Below are positions 1 to 9,445 of a stretch of DNA of 64,000 nt, piece after piece. The DNA comes from an uncultured Lactobacillales bacterium. GTDB taxonomy: Bacteria; Pseudomonadota; Alphaproteobacteria; CAAHEQ01; UBA3637. The position numbers and the translations under genes are program-made. Location: the NCBI GenBank assembly GCA_964643615.1, contig CAZXTR010000002.1:937-64936 (forward strand), in the 5' to 3' direction. Numbering within the stretch: the first letter of the stretch is position 1; every line of letters starts with the position of its first letter. The notes below the pieces were generated by a model. It did not search any database. It was not told where the DNA came from and saw nothing but the letters and a program-made list of their open reading frames with translations.

Positions 1-941
1 GAATCGACTCTACAAGATTGTCCTATTTGCAATCTTTTCAAATGCCATATATTGCACCATATGGTGTTGTTTTTAATTCACAAGCAAGCGTTCGATTTGA
101 TGCTTATTCTGTTCAAACAGAACAAGATGAAACGAAAAATACTTCGCGAGTTTATCCCAACATATCAGTTGAAATGCGTTATCCATTTATTCAACGTGGA
201 GAAAAATACAGTCAAATTTTAGAACCTATTTTAATGGGGGTCTGGACACCTAATTTGTCATTAAATGATGCTATTCCCAACGAAGATAGTTTGGATTATA
301 TTTTTGATGATATTACTTTGTTTTCGAAAAATCGATATTTTGGTTATGATCGAGTGGAAACGGGCTCGCGCTTGAATTATGGGCTTCAATGGACTTTGTT
401 TGGGCAAAAGTCAATGTCTGTTTCTGGCTTGTTTGGGCAGTCTTATCGTTTCAGAGATAACGCTCATCTTTTGCATGATTCTGGTCTTGAGGATAAGTTT
501 TCTTCTTATGTTGGTCGGTTTGAAATTAATTTATCAGACGTTTCTTTGAATTACCGATTTAGGATTAATCAAGATACTTTTGAACAAGAAATGTCAGAAG
601 TTTCTGTCGGGGTTGGGAGAGATCCGCTCCGTATCGGTGTCAGTTATTTATATTTGACAACACCAGAAGAAAACTTAGCAACGAACACTTTAAAAGACAG
701 AGAAGAAATTACATTATCTGCATCGTCTAAATTAACGAGAGCATGGTCTATTTCTGGGTATTATCAATATAATTTAGCTAAAGAGGGGGGACCAATTCAG
801 GGTGGCGGTGCGTTGCAATATGAAAATGAATGCCTTATTTTAACGTTTTCAACGGAAAAAGAATTTACACATGATCGTGATTATGAAGGAGATACTTCCT
901 TCTTTTTCAGGGTTGTTTTAAAAACTATAGGAGGCGTCTAA
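1..941 (+). CDS. lptD: LPS-assembly protein LptD (OstA/Imp), C-terminal beta-barrel portion. It is 5'-partial because the frame is open to the window edge.
   Basis: The frame is open from position 3. The protein has a beta-barrel-like composition and ends ...FFFRVVL. The conserved lptD-surA-ksgA synteny follows. Confidence 0.7.
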   Translation, partial: IDSTRLSYLQSFQMPYIAPYGVVFNSQASVRFDAYSVQTEQDETKNTSRVYPNISVEMRYPFIQRGEKYSQILEPILMGVWTPNLSLNDAIPNEDSLDYIFDDITLFSKNRYFGYDRVETGSRLNYGLQWTLFGQKSMSVSGLFGQSYRFRDNAHLLHDSGLEDKFSSYVGRFEINLSDVSLNYRFRINQDTFEQEMSEVSVGVGRDPLRIGVSYLYLTTPEENLATNTLKDREEITLSASSKLTRAWSISGYYQYNLAKEGGPIQGGGALQYENECLILTFSTEKEFTHDRDYEGDTSFFFRVVLKTIGGV

Positions 942-2150
942 ATGAAAATTTTAAATTGCATTATTTGGTTGATTTTATTGAATATTTTTTCTTTCCCCGC
1001 TTATGCCTATCGGGTTGTAGCAACAGTGAATGATGAGCCTATTTCAGATTGTGATGTATCGTCACGCGTATCGTTGTTGCGTTTTTTGTTGAAAATGCCG
1101 GATGAAGTCGCTCAATCCGAAAACTTTCAAAGTAAGATTTTAGATGCCTTGATTGAAGAAAAATTAAAAGTACAAGAGGCTAAATCTTTAGGGCTTTCTT
1201 TAAGCGCTGCTGAAATTCAAAATGGAATAGCTTTTTTAGAACAACAAAATCAATTTAAAAAAGACGAACTTATCCAAAAAATTCGAAAAGAAGGAATTGA
1301 TATTGCTAGTTTAGAAAATCAAGTCAAATCCGAATTGTTATGGTTGAAAGTAATTAAAAAGAAACATGAAAATCCTCCTGTTGTAACCAAACAAGAAATT
1401 CGAAAAGCTTTAGATAAAATAAAAATTGAGGCACAAAAATCAGCATATTTATTGGCTGAAATCTATATCCCTTTTGCTTTGGATAGCGAAAAAGCACGTG
1501 CACAAATAGAAGACGTTTTTAATAAAATTGTGAAGGGGGCTAGCTTCCCCGAATTAGCGGCACAATATTCCAAAAATGAAACGGCTTCTTTGGGTGGAGA
1601 TTTGGGCTGGGTGCACTCGGGAGAAATGGAAAAAGTGGTTGATGATTTGCTTCCCTTTATTAATAAGGGGCAACTTTCGAGACCGATAAAAGGAGAAAAG
1701 GGATACTACCTTATTTTAATGCGTGATAAACATGAAGGGACAAAGGTCACCGAAAAAAAAGTGTGGCGTGTGAGCCAATTAGTTGTCGCTCAAAATATGG
1801 TTCGGTCTATTTTATCAGAAATGTCTAGCGGTTTAACGTGTTCGGAATTTGATGCTCTTGCAGTTAGGACGAAAATGAAAGAATCTGGCAGTTTAGGAGA
1901 AATTGTTGTGGATGAAGCACCTTCATATATTCGTGATTTATTGAAAGATGCGGGGGTCGGACATGTTAGAGGTCCAATTAAAAGTGGACAGAATAATTTG
2001 TTTTTAATGAAATGTGACGAAAAAACAATTTCTTTATTGCCCTCGACAGATGAAATCAAGATGCAATTAGAAATGAAAAAAATTGAAGAAAGTGCGCGGA
2101 GTTTAATTCAATTTTTGCATCGTCAATCAATTATTGAAAAAAAAGGTTAA
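942..2150 (+). CDS. surA: Periplasmic chaperone / peptidyl-prolyl cis-trans isomerase SurA
   Basis: Signal peptide, SurA N-domain, and a parvulin PPIase motif (GGDLGWV). It sits between lptD and ksgA. Confidence 0.85.
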   Translation: MKILNCIIWLILLNIFSFPAYAYRVVATVNDEPISDCDVSSRVSLLRFLLKMPDEVAQSENFQSKILDALIEEKLKVQEAKSLGLSLSAAEIQNGIAFLEQQNQFKKDELIQKIRKEGIDIASLENQVKSELLWLKVIKKKHENPPVVTKQEIRKALDKIKIEAQKSAYLLAEIYIPFALDSEKARAQIEDVFNKIVKGASFPELAAQYSKNETASLGGDLGWVHSGEMEKVVDDLLPFINKGQLSRPIKGEKGYYLILMRDKHEGTKVTEKKVWRVSQLVVAQNMVRSILSEMSSGLTCSEFDALAVRTKMKESGSLGEIVVDEAPSYIRDLLKDAGVGHVRGPIKSGQNNLFLMKCDEKTISLLPSTDEIKMQLEMKKIEESARSLIQFLHRQSIIEKKG

Positions 2151-2970
2151 CATGTATGTTTTAAAAGATATTTTACAACGTTATAATTTGTACACCAAAA
2201 AATCTTTGGGGCAAAACTTTATTTTAGATACTAATATCTTGAACAAAATTGCAAAGATTGCATTGTCTGGTGTCCATCCTGCGTGTGTTTTAGAAGTTGG
2301 TCCTGGTCCAGGTGGTTTAACAAAAGCTTTGCTAGAACAAAACGTTCCTTCTTTAATTGCGGTCGAAAAAGATGATCGGTGTGTTAACGCATTGACAGAA
2401 TTGCAACAAGAATATCCACAAATGACGATTTGTCATGAAGATGCCTTGGATTTTTGTGAAGAAAAATGTTTATCGCCGATTTGCGTTGTAGCGAATCTCC
2501 CCTATAATATTTCCACAGTGTTATTGGTGAAATGGTTGAAGAAAATTCATCTTTTTTCGCAAATGACGTTAATGTTTCAAAAGGAAGTGGCGGATCGACT
2601 TTGTGCGAAAGTCGGAGATTCTCAATATGGAAGATTGTCTGTTTTAACGCAGTGGCTTTGCGATGTTTCTGAGGAAATGGTTTTGCCTCCAACTGTTTTT
2701 ATCCCGCGTCCAAAAGTGACATCGGCTTTGGTTCGGATTGTGCCCAAAAAGAATTATCCAAAAGGTGTTCAATTCCATACGATGGAACGTTTGACAATGT
2801 CTGCTTTTGGCCAACGGCGAAAGATGATTAGATCAAGTTTAAAATCTGTTGGGGATCCTTTGCAGTTGTGTGCAGTAGCTAATATTTCGCCAGCTTTACG
2901 AGCTGAAGACGTTTCTGTTGAGGCTTATTGTCAAATGGCATTATTTATTCAGGAGCAAGAAAAAAAATGA
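2134..2970 (+). CDS. rsmA: 16S rRNA (adenine1518/1519-N6)-dimethyltransferase RsmA/KsgA
   Basis: LGQNFILD and VLEVGPGPGGLT SAM-binding motifs, plus the NLPYNIS motif. It overlaps the surA stop. Confidence 0.92.
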   Translation: MKKKVNMYVLKDILQRYNLYTKKSLGQNFILDTNILNKIAKIALSGVHPACVLEVGPGPGGLTKALLEQNVPSLIAVEKDDRCVNALTELQQEYPQMTICHEDALDFCEEKCLSPICVVANLPYNISTVLLVKWLKKIHLFSQMTLMFQKEVADRLCAKVGDSQYGRLSVLTQWLCDVSEEMVLPPTVFIPRPKVTSALVRIVPKKNYPKGVQFHTMERLTMSAFGQRRKMIRSSLKSVGDPLQLCAVANISPALRAEDVSVEAYCQMALFIQEQEKK

Positions 2971-3257
2971 TAATGGCTTTTTTGATACGATTGATTATTT
3001 CATTGATAGATGTTTATACATTTGTGATTTTTGCGAGCGTTATCATAAGTTGGATTCGTGCTTTTGGCGGTTTAAATATGACGGTTTCGTGGGTTTGCAA
3101 ATTGGTTAACGGCGTGGAAAGTTTGACAATTCCTCTGTTTGATTTTATTCGTAAAAGAATTCCATCCACAGGCGGATTGGATTTTTCACCGTTAATTGTG
3201 TTGTTAATTTTATATTGCTTGCAAAGGTTTTTATGGGACATATTGATCAAATTGTAA
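2928..3257 (+). CDS. YggT family inner-membrane protein. The true start is probably the internal Met near 2968.
   Basis: Two TM segments and the conserved ISW...PLFDFIRKRIP...GGLDFSPL signature of YggT/Ycf19. It pairs with a DUF167 gene downstream. Confidence 0.7.
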   Translation: MSNGIIYSGARKKMIMAFLIRLIISLIDVYTFVIFASVIISWIRAFGGLNMTVSWVCKLVNGVESLTIPLFDFIRKRIPSTGGLDFSPLIVLLILYCLQRFLWDILIKL

Positions 3258-3562
3258 AAGTGCAACCTTTGTCGGTGACTTTGAATGTTCGCGTTCAGCC
3301 GAGTGCACAAAAAGAAGCTGTAAAAGGTCTTTGGAACCAGAATTTTATTAAAATTGCGTTGAATGCTCCTGCGGTGGATGGAAAAGCAAATGAGGCTTTA
3401 ATTTCTTGGCTATCTCAATTTTTCGAAATTAAAAAATCTTCAATTTTTATAATGACAGGAATAACTTCTCGGAGTAAAGTTGTTTCTATTCAATGCTCAA
3501 TTGCACAAAAGGAAAAAATTTTAGAATGGGTCAGATTATTGATGGAAAGGAGCTCGCCGTAA
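3215..3562 (+). CDS. DUF167 (YggU) family protein
   Basis: The pattern L.V.V.P.A.KEAV.G......LKI.L.APAVDGKAN.ALI..L.....I.KS.I.I..G..SR.K.V.I is typical of DUF167. The yggT-yggU pairing supports it. Confidence 0.65.
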   Translation: MLAKVFMGHIDQIVKVQPLSVTLNVRVQPSAQKEAVKGLWNQNFIKIALNAPAVDGKANEALISWLSQFFEIKKSSIFIMTGITSRSKVVSIQCSIAQKEKILEWVRLLMERSSP

Positions 3563-4365
3563 AATTTCGAGCTCAATTGTCCGAAGAAATCAAGCAAAAA
3601 GGAGTGCAGCCTTGTTTGGCTGTAGTGCTTGTGGGTGAAGATCCTGCTAGTTTGATTTATGTTAAAAATAAAGAAAAATACGCCAAAAAAGTTGGCATAT
3701 CTTCAATTGTTTATCGCTTTCCTGTTGATACGACAGAAAGGGAAGTGCTTTGTTTAATACAAAAGTTGAACAGGGATGATAACGTTCATGGTATTTTATT
3801 ACAGTTGCCGGTGCCATCGCATATTTGTGCACAACATTTGATTGAATCAATCAATCCAATAAAAGATGTAGATGGGTTGTCTCCGATTAATGTAGGACAC
3901 TTGGTTTCTGGTAAGCCAGCGCTAATCCCTTGTACGCCCTTAGGTTGTATGTACCTTATCCATCATGTGAAAAAAAAGTTGCAAGGATTGCATGCTGTGG
4001 TTGTTGGGCGTTCTTCGTTGGTTGGCCGTCCTTTGGCGACGTTGTTGTTGAACGAAGATTGTACTGTGACACAGGCGCATTCGAGAACGAAAAATTTGGA
4101 AGCTGTTTGTAATCAAGCCGATATTTTGATTTCAGCAACAGGTGTCCCTGGTTTAATTACAGCAAAAAATGTCAAAAAAGGTGCAATTGTTATTGATGTA
4201 GGAATTAATCGCCAAGATGATGGTTGTATTGTTGGGGATGTTGTTTTTGATGAAGTTTTAAAGCAAGCCTCTTTTGTTACGCCTGTGCCAGGTGGTGTTG
4301 GTCCTATGACGATTGCTATGCTTTTGTTTAATACAATGCAAGCGTTTGAAAAACAAAGAAAATAA
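3493..4365 (+). CDS. folD: Bifunctional methylenetetrahydrofolate dehydrogenase/cyclohydrolase FolD. The likely start is the Met at 3526 (MGQIIDGK).
   Basis: IIDGKELA...LAVVLVGEDPASLIYVKNKEK and a C-terminal NAD(P) Rossmann domain; full-length FolD architecture. Confidence 0.92.
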   Translation: MLNCTKGKNFRMGQIIDGKELAVKFRAQLSEEIKQKGVQPCLAVVLVGEDPASLIYVKNKEKYAKKVGISSIVYRFPVDTTEREVLCLIQKLNRDDNVHGILLQLPVPSHICAQHLIESINPIKDVDGLSPINVGHLVSGKPALIPCTPLGCMYLIHHVKKKLQGLHAVVVGRSSLVGRPLATLLLNEDCTVTQAHSRTKNLEAVCNQADILISATGVPGLITAKNVKKGAIVIDVGINRQDDGCIVGDVVFDEVLKQASFVTPVPGGVGPMTIAMLLFNTMQAFEKQRK

Positions 4366-4411
4366 ATTTAAATTTAAGCTTTTAAATCTTTTTTAGGGTG
4401 CGATTCTTTCC

Positions 4412-4440
4412 TTTACAAGCTTGTTTATTTTAGATATAAT
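4412..4440 (+). promoter_or_regulatory. Near-consensus sigma70 promoter (TTTACA-17 nt-TATAAT) driving the T4SS-associated operon
   Basis: TTTACA at 4412-4417, a 17-nt spacer, TATAAT at 4435-4440, then an AAGGAGGGG RBS and the ATG at 4472. Confidence 0.6.
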
Positions 4441-4471
4441 GTTAGAAATCGTTTAAAAAAGGAGGGGAGAT

Positions 4472-5197
4472 ATGCCTTTGACACAAAAACGGATAACAAA
4501 AGGACTTTTGGTTGTTTTAGGGATGATTTTGGGGGTATCTTCTGTTCGGGCAGCTCATCCGATTACCGATATTACGCAAGATGCTTTGGCTGTAGTTGAA
4601 AATTCAAATGTTTTAAAACAATCAATTCAATTATTTGAATCGGGCGCGGTTGCTCGGTCTATTTATACAGCACAAGGAGATTTTAGAACCTTGGGCAATA
4701 ATTGGAGTTCTATTTTGACCTTTGATTGGGCGATGGATTCGGGATTAAGGCAAGCCTTTGCACCTGTTTTAGATGATGAGGATTTGACGGTTGCCCTTTC
4801 TGGGGATTTAGGTGTTGTTGGTGCTGCAAGAGGCTTCAATGTTACAAATTTAAGACGGAAAGTTGAAAAAACGTTAATGTTGCCGATAAATATTTCAGAT
4901 ATAACAGCACGGGAATTGCAAGCGATAAAACTTGAACAGCGGCGAAAGACAAGAGCTGCAACATTAGACAATTATTCGTTGGGTTTATCTGTTCAAGTGG
5001 ATGCAACGAATTTTGAAAAGGAAAAAATACCAGCGATTCGTCAAATGGCTCAAAAAACAGAAAATTTGACGGAAGCTGTTGTAGTTCAAAGTGAGGGTTT
5101 GAATTTGATTGCATCCCAAATCAATATAAATAATTTGTTAAAAGCGGCAGCGTTGGAATTACAATCCATTGAAGTGATGAAAATGGTTGATGGATAA
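4472..5197 (+). CDS. Secreted (signal-peptide) alpha-helical protein of unknown function. It may be VirB5/TrbJ-like.
   Basis: N-terminal signal peptide (LLVVLGMILGVSSVRA), then hydrophilic heptad-rich sequence. It is the first gene after the promoter and is translationally coupled to the next ORF. Confidence 0.5.
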   Translation: MPLTQKRITKGLLVVLGMILGVSSVRAAHPITDITQDALAVVENSNVLKQSIQLFESGAVARSIYTAQGDFRTLGNNWSSILTFDWAMDSGLRQAFAPVLDDEDLTVALSGDLGVVGAARGFNVTNLRRKVEKTLMLPINISDITARELQAIKLEQRRKTRAATLDNYSLGLSVQVDATNFEKEKIPAIRQMAQKTENLTEAVVVQSEGLNLIASQININNLLKAAALELQSIEVMKMVDG

Positions 5198-5924
5198 GGA
5201 GCGTGTGATGAAGGGAAGAGCCCTTGTTTTATCTTTGCTTGTGTTTGCATTTATTTCTTCAAGTGCTTTTGCGACGGTGGATGTTGTTATGGTGACTTTT
5301 AGAACGTCTCATGTTTTTCAACAAGTGAAAGAATATTTACAGGTTGCGGAACAAATTAAAAAGGATATTGAAAGATTGAAAAGCTTTGGCGATATTAATC
5401 AATTGGCAAAGTTTTTGCAGGTTCATTTGTCTGTGGATGGGAAATCTTTAGGTGTTTCTATTGATGCCGATGTCGCACGCCCGGCTGTTTTACAAGATTT
5501 GCAACCCTTTGTTCAGAGGGGTGGACGTGATCGTCTTAGGCTTCGTCAGCAAGTGGACACTCTATTGACGGTGGATTTAACAAATGCTGATGCGGTGCAA
5601 TATCAAAAAGTTAAAGATACAGCAAACGCTATATCTCATGTGACAACTTCGGATGCCTATGGAAAGGCTTTGGAGATAAAGGCGAAATCGAATAATGAAG
5701 GGATTGAAGTTTTGGTAGATCAAGCTGAAAAAGCAGAAAATTTTCAAGAGAAAGCAACGGCGTTTACGCTTTTTTACGAACCTATTGCGTTGAAGCTTAA
5801 CACTATTAATCAATTAGATGCTATGCTCAATACTTTGGAAAGTGCTCGTAAAATGCCAACGTTGGTTGGTGAGGCTATAAATGATGGGAATAATTCTTCT
5901 GATGCAAAAACAGGAGGGAAGTGA
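5187..5924 (+). CDS. Secreted alpha-helical protein of unknown function. It may be VirB5/TrbJ-like.
   Basis: Signal peptide (ALVLSLLVFAFISSSAFA); Q/K/E-rich helical N-region reminiscent of TrbJ/VirB5. It overlaps its neighbours by 11 and 4 nt. Confidence 0.5.
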   Translation: MMDKERVMKGRALVLSLLVFAFISSSAFATVDVVMVTFRTSHVFQQVKEYLQVAEQIKKDIERLKSFGDINQLAKFLQVHLSVDGKSLGVSIDADVARPAVLQDLQPFVQRGGRDRLRLRQQVDTLLTVDLTNADAVQYQKVKDTANAISHVTTSDAYGKALEIKAKSNNEGIEVLVDQAEKAENFQEKATAFTLFYEPIALKLNTINQLDAMLNTLESARKMPTLVGEAINDGNNSSDAKTGGK

Positions 5925-6865
5925 TGAGGGGGGCGGGGGTCGTCGGTTTTGGAATGGTTGTAACTGCCTTGATTTTGTCGCAACCTGTTTGTGCACAACG
6001 GGCTCAAGCAATTACGGCTGTTATTAAAACGGCGGAAGGATTAAAGTCGGGATCTTTTATTGGAGGGATGATGGGTGGGGGTGTCCCCGTTAAGGATAGT
6101 CTACGTGAAATCCAATCTAATTTAATTAATTTGAACGAGTTCGAAAAATTAAAGGGTATTGATTTTAATATTCAAGAAATTTATGTAAACATTGAGAGCA
6201 CTGCTAAGCAAGGTGTGAATGCGACACAACAAGCTTTGAGGAGTCTTCCTACGTCATCCGATTATACTCAGTTGTTGTCAGGGGATACAGGGAATCGAGG
6301 TATAGATGATGCATTTGTGGAAGATATTCTTGCTAAAAATGGCCCTGGTTCTGATGCAACGACCATACGGGAAGAAGCGGCAGATATGGATGACGTGCGT
6401 TATGATAAGTCTTTTCTAGACAGAGAATCGGCACTAGATTACGTTAAAAAGACCTTTTTCGTTGATATGGATGCTATTAATGCCAAAGGTGCGCAAGCAC
6501 TTCAAACTGTTCAATTTGAACAAACAAAAAAACGCCGTCAATTATTGTTGCGAGATGTAACAGTAGATGCATTGACTTATTCGCAACTGTTTAAGGGAAA
6601 CGGAAAAAAAGATTTTGAAGAAAGACTTGCGAGGATTAAAGAAAAACAAAAAGCGGTGAAAACGGAAACCGAAGGGATTGCAACAACAACAATGGCGTTA
6701 AAAAGTGTTCTTCAAGAAGTTATGATCCAAATTGTATTAGAGCAAAAGCAATTAAAATTAGAAGCAGCGAAGGTTTTAAAAATGCAAGAAATTCCTTTAG
6801 CAAAAAAGTCCGATGTTAAAAGTGAAAGTTCAGCTGATGAAATTGAGGGGGAGCCATTAAGATGA
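5921..6865 (+). CDS. Secreted protein of unknown function with a Gly-rich N-region
   Basis: Signal peptide; a GGMMGGGVPV segment; coiled-coil-like C-terminus. It has an ATGA overlap with the upstream ORF and is coupled downstream. Confidence 0.5.
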   Translation: MMRGAGVVGFGMVVTALILSQPVCAQRAQAITAVIKTAEGLKSGSFIGGMMGGGVPVKDSLREIQSNLINLNEFEKLKGIDFNIQEIYVNIESTAKQGVNATQQALRSLPTSSDYTQLLSGDTGNRGIDDAFVEDILAKNGPGSDATTIREEAADMDDVRYDKSFLDRESALDYVKKTFFVDMDAINAKGAQALQTVQFEQTKKRRQLLLRDVTVDALTYSQLFKGNGKKDFEERLARIKEKQKAVKTETEGIATTTMALKSVLQEVMIQIVLEQKQLKLEAAKVLKMQEIPLAKKSDVKSESSADEIEGEPLR

Positions 6866-7587
6866 AGAAAAAAATATTTATTTTATTTTTTATTTTATCT
6901 TGCTTTTTCCCTTTTAATCAAGTGAAGGCAATTTCTTTTCCAAAAATGGATGCCCTTATTACTCCTTTGGCTGTCGGAGACGGTTCTTCTATTTTGATGC
7001 TGGGTGGAATGACGGGGCAGCAAATTTTGACGGCGATTGTTTCAATCACCGATTTTATTAATCGCCAACAGTTGGAATTAGCGATGTCTTTGAATGGATT
7101 TCCTTTTGACAAGCGTGTGGCTGGTCTACGATATCTTATTCCGCAAATAGAACCATGGCGTGGCTCGGATGTGGGAATCTCGGTATTGTTTTCCAAAGGC
7201 GTAACAGTTGAAGATTCTCATGCCGTTTCTCGTGCTGTTGAGCAGGAAGTTATGGTCGCTAGAGAAACAAGTGCCGCAGGTGTTCAATTGGAACAAAAAA
7301 AGCGAAATTTATTTTCCCAAGAAAATGTTATTATTGCGATGGCAGATGCTCTTTACTATGAATCGTTGATTCAAGAATTACAAAAAACGTTGGATGAACT
7401 TTCACAAAGTGCAGATGTTAAAGAAGACAAGAATGGTGCAGTAACTGCAAATTATAAATATATGGAAGCTTGGTATCGTTTGTTGACTTTGTTAGAACAA
7501 ATTAAGGCTGAACGAGTTATGTTAAAGGCCTCTCAGGGAATTGTAGATGGGCAACCCATTTTGGATAGTGTCCTAACTTCGGGTTAA
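6862..7587 (+). CDS. Secreted protein of unknown function
   Basis: Signal peptide (MKKKIFILFFILSCFFPFNQVKA). It has an ATGA overlap with the upstream ORF. No recognisable domain. Confidence 0.5.
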   Translation: MKKKIFILFFILSCFFPFNQVKAISFPKMDALITPLAVGDGSSILMLGGMTGQQILTAIVSITDFINRQQLELAMSLNGFPFDKRVAGLRYLIPQIEPWRGSDVGISVLFSKGVTVEDSHAVSRAVEQEVMVARETSAAGVQLEQKKRNLFSQENVIIAMADALYYESLIQELQKTLDELSQSADVKEDKNGAVTANYKYMEAWYRLLTLLEQIKAERVMLKASQGIVDGQPILDSVLTSG

Positions 7588-7603
7588 ATGGAGGGAAGTT
7601 TTA

Positions 7604-9445
7604 ATGAAATATACTTTTAAAATAGGAATGTTTTTTGCTTTGTTTTTTTTGTTAGGTATGACTGTCGTTGGTCAAACAGAGGAAATAAAAAAAACTAAAG
7701 ATGTGATCTCCGACGATATGTGGAGCCCTTCGGTGGTGCGTGTAAATGCACAAGAAACACCTGTTATTCTTGGCAATATTGAAAATTTTGGATATCAAAA
7801 AGCTTTAATACAAGCGATGAGTTTGCATAACTATGCGAATTCGTTGCAAAATCAAATTCTTCAGGCTGATGATTATAAATATGCGGTTGTGAATGTCGCT
7901 TTAGCTGAACGTCGACTGACAGATTTGACTACGTGCAATATTAAGTTACTTCAGGATCATTTTATTGATGCGAAAAGTGTTTGGGATAAAATGAAATCCG
8001 AAGCCGATAGAATGTATCAAGAGGTTTCTATAAGTGAAACAATAGAACTTAATGAAATGAGTGAAAAAGATTTAGAAATTTTGGCTGGGATTACAAACGA
8101 TGGTGGTTCTTCAAGTGCTTTGTTGAATGAGATAAAAATTAATCTTTGTGAAGAGGCAATAGAATGGACTATCGGCCATTCTATTTTGACAGATTTATAT
8201 TACGATCAAGATGCTCAATTAAATGACGGGTCATTTAAATGGGGAGAAAGAAAAACCCCAACAACACCTTCATTCTCTTTGTGGCAAGACCAAAAGTTTT
8301 TATATGATAAGCAAATTTGGGACCCTAAATATATTGCGATTAATACCTTTTTTAAGGAACCTTTAGAGAGAAGACCCAAAATTTTGGGAGATAACCAAAA
8401 TCAAAAAAGGTTTGATTATTATTTTTATAATGACGTTGTCAAAGCGCACGAGGCTTATTTGAAACAATTAAAGATTGAAAATTTTCAGAAACCTGCGCGA
8501 GTTGTTTGGGAAGCTCTGCCCGCCGAATTAAAAGAGCCACCAAAGGTTGCTCCGCGTCCGTTGCCTCCTCGTTCAGAAATTGTTCTTTTCGACATGGATG
8601 ACGAAGATGCTAATGGAAATCTAATTCAATCGTTTAATGGAGTTTGTTTGGGGTATCCTCAACCGTGGCAAACTTTTATTGATAATCAATTCCGAATCTA
8701 TAATGCACGTGGAGAAATGGCATTTTTGTTTGATGTTAATCGCGGGGCGAAAACAATAACGCCTCGATGGAATGAAAGGGAAGTAATTGATTCAATGTTG
8801 CCAAAGCCCAATCGAATTAGCCGTTATTTGACCACGCAATATGAATTGAAAAAGAGAACGGCAGCGTTAGAAGAACAACGTGTTCGTGTGGCCGAGTTGA
8901 AATTACGGTATGAAGATATTGCTAGTAAGAATGGAGTCAAATTACCTGATAATTTGCATTATGGGAAAAAAGAAGATTTACAAAAAGTAAAAGATGCTTT
9001 TTTAAAGGAGAGAGACGAGCTACTTGCTTTGATAAAAAAAGAATATCCGTCTTTTGCATCAAAATTAGATTCTTCGGATATGCCCTTGCCTAGTGAAGAA
9101 GAACAAAAACGCTTAGACTCGTTGGCTCAACCCCAAGTTAAGGGAACAGACGAGACAAATACTTCTTGGGAAGAGGGTTTACTACCTAATTATGTTGCTT
9201 TAGCAAAAGCTATGAATTATGACTCCAGAGCAGAGGTGACGCTTTACTTTTCTAATGTTGAAAATATTGCTGAAGAAATGGCAACTGAACGTGCGAATAC
9301 GGCGTTGGCCGTTTTATCTCGTGAACAACTTGCTGAAGCTAGAAATGAACAAATAAAAAATGAAACACGAGATATTTATGAAGTTCCCTATTGTGTTAAC
9401 GGTGGAATCATAGGAGAGTTTGTTTTCGATGAAAGCCAAATTTGA
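7604..9445 (+). CDS. Large secreted protein of unknown function (613 aa) with a Pro-rich segment
   Basis: Signal peptide; a PPKVAPRPLPPRSE proline-rich linker; acidic stretch. It sits directly upstream of, and overlaps, the first virB8-like gene. Confidence 0.5.
   Translation: MKYTFKIGMFFALFFLLGMTVVGQTEEIKKTKDVISDDMWSPSVVRVNAQETPVILGNIENFGYQKALIQAMSLHNYANSLQNQILQADDYKYAVVNVALAERRLTDLTTCNIKLLQDHFIDAKSVWDKMKSEADRMYQEVSISETIELNEMSEKDLEILAGITNDGGSSSALLNEIKINLCEEAIEWTIGHSILTDLYYDQDAQLNDGSFKWGERKTPTTPSFSLWQDQKFLYDKQIWDPKYIAINTFFKEPLERRPKILGDNQNQKRFDYYFYNDVVKAHEAYLKQLKIENFQKPARVVWEALPAELKEPPKVAPRPLPPRSEIVLFDMDDEDANGNLIQSFNGVCLGYPQPWQTFIDNQFRIYNARGEMAFLFDVNRGAKTITPRWNEREVIDSMLPKPNRISRYLTTQYELKKRTAALEEQRVRVAELKLRYEDIASKNGVKLPDNLHYGKKEDLQKVKDAFLKERDELLALIKKEYPSFASKLDSSDMPLPSEEEQKRLDSLAQPQVKGTDETNTSWEEGLLPNYVALAKAMNYDSRAEVTLYFSNVENIAEEMATERANTALAVLSREQLAEARNEQIKNETRDIYEVPYCVNGGIIGEFVFDESQI

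Noticed and set aside
2918-3109. 63-aa ORF overlapping the ksgA end and yggT
   Set aside because: It is an alternative frame of the yggT region, with no motif. The YggT frame has family signatures.
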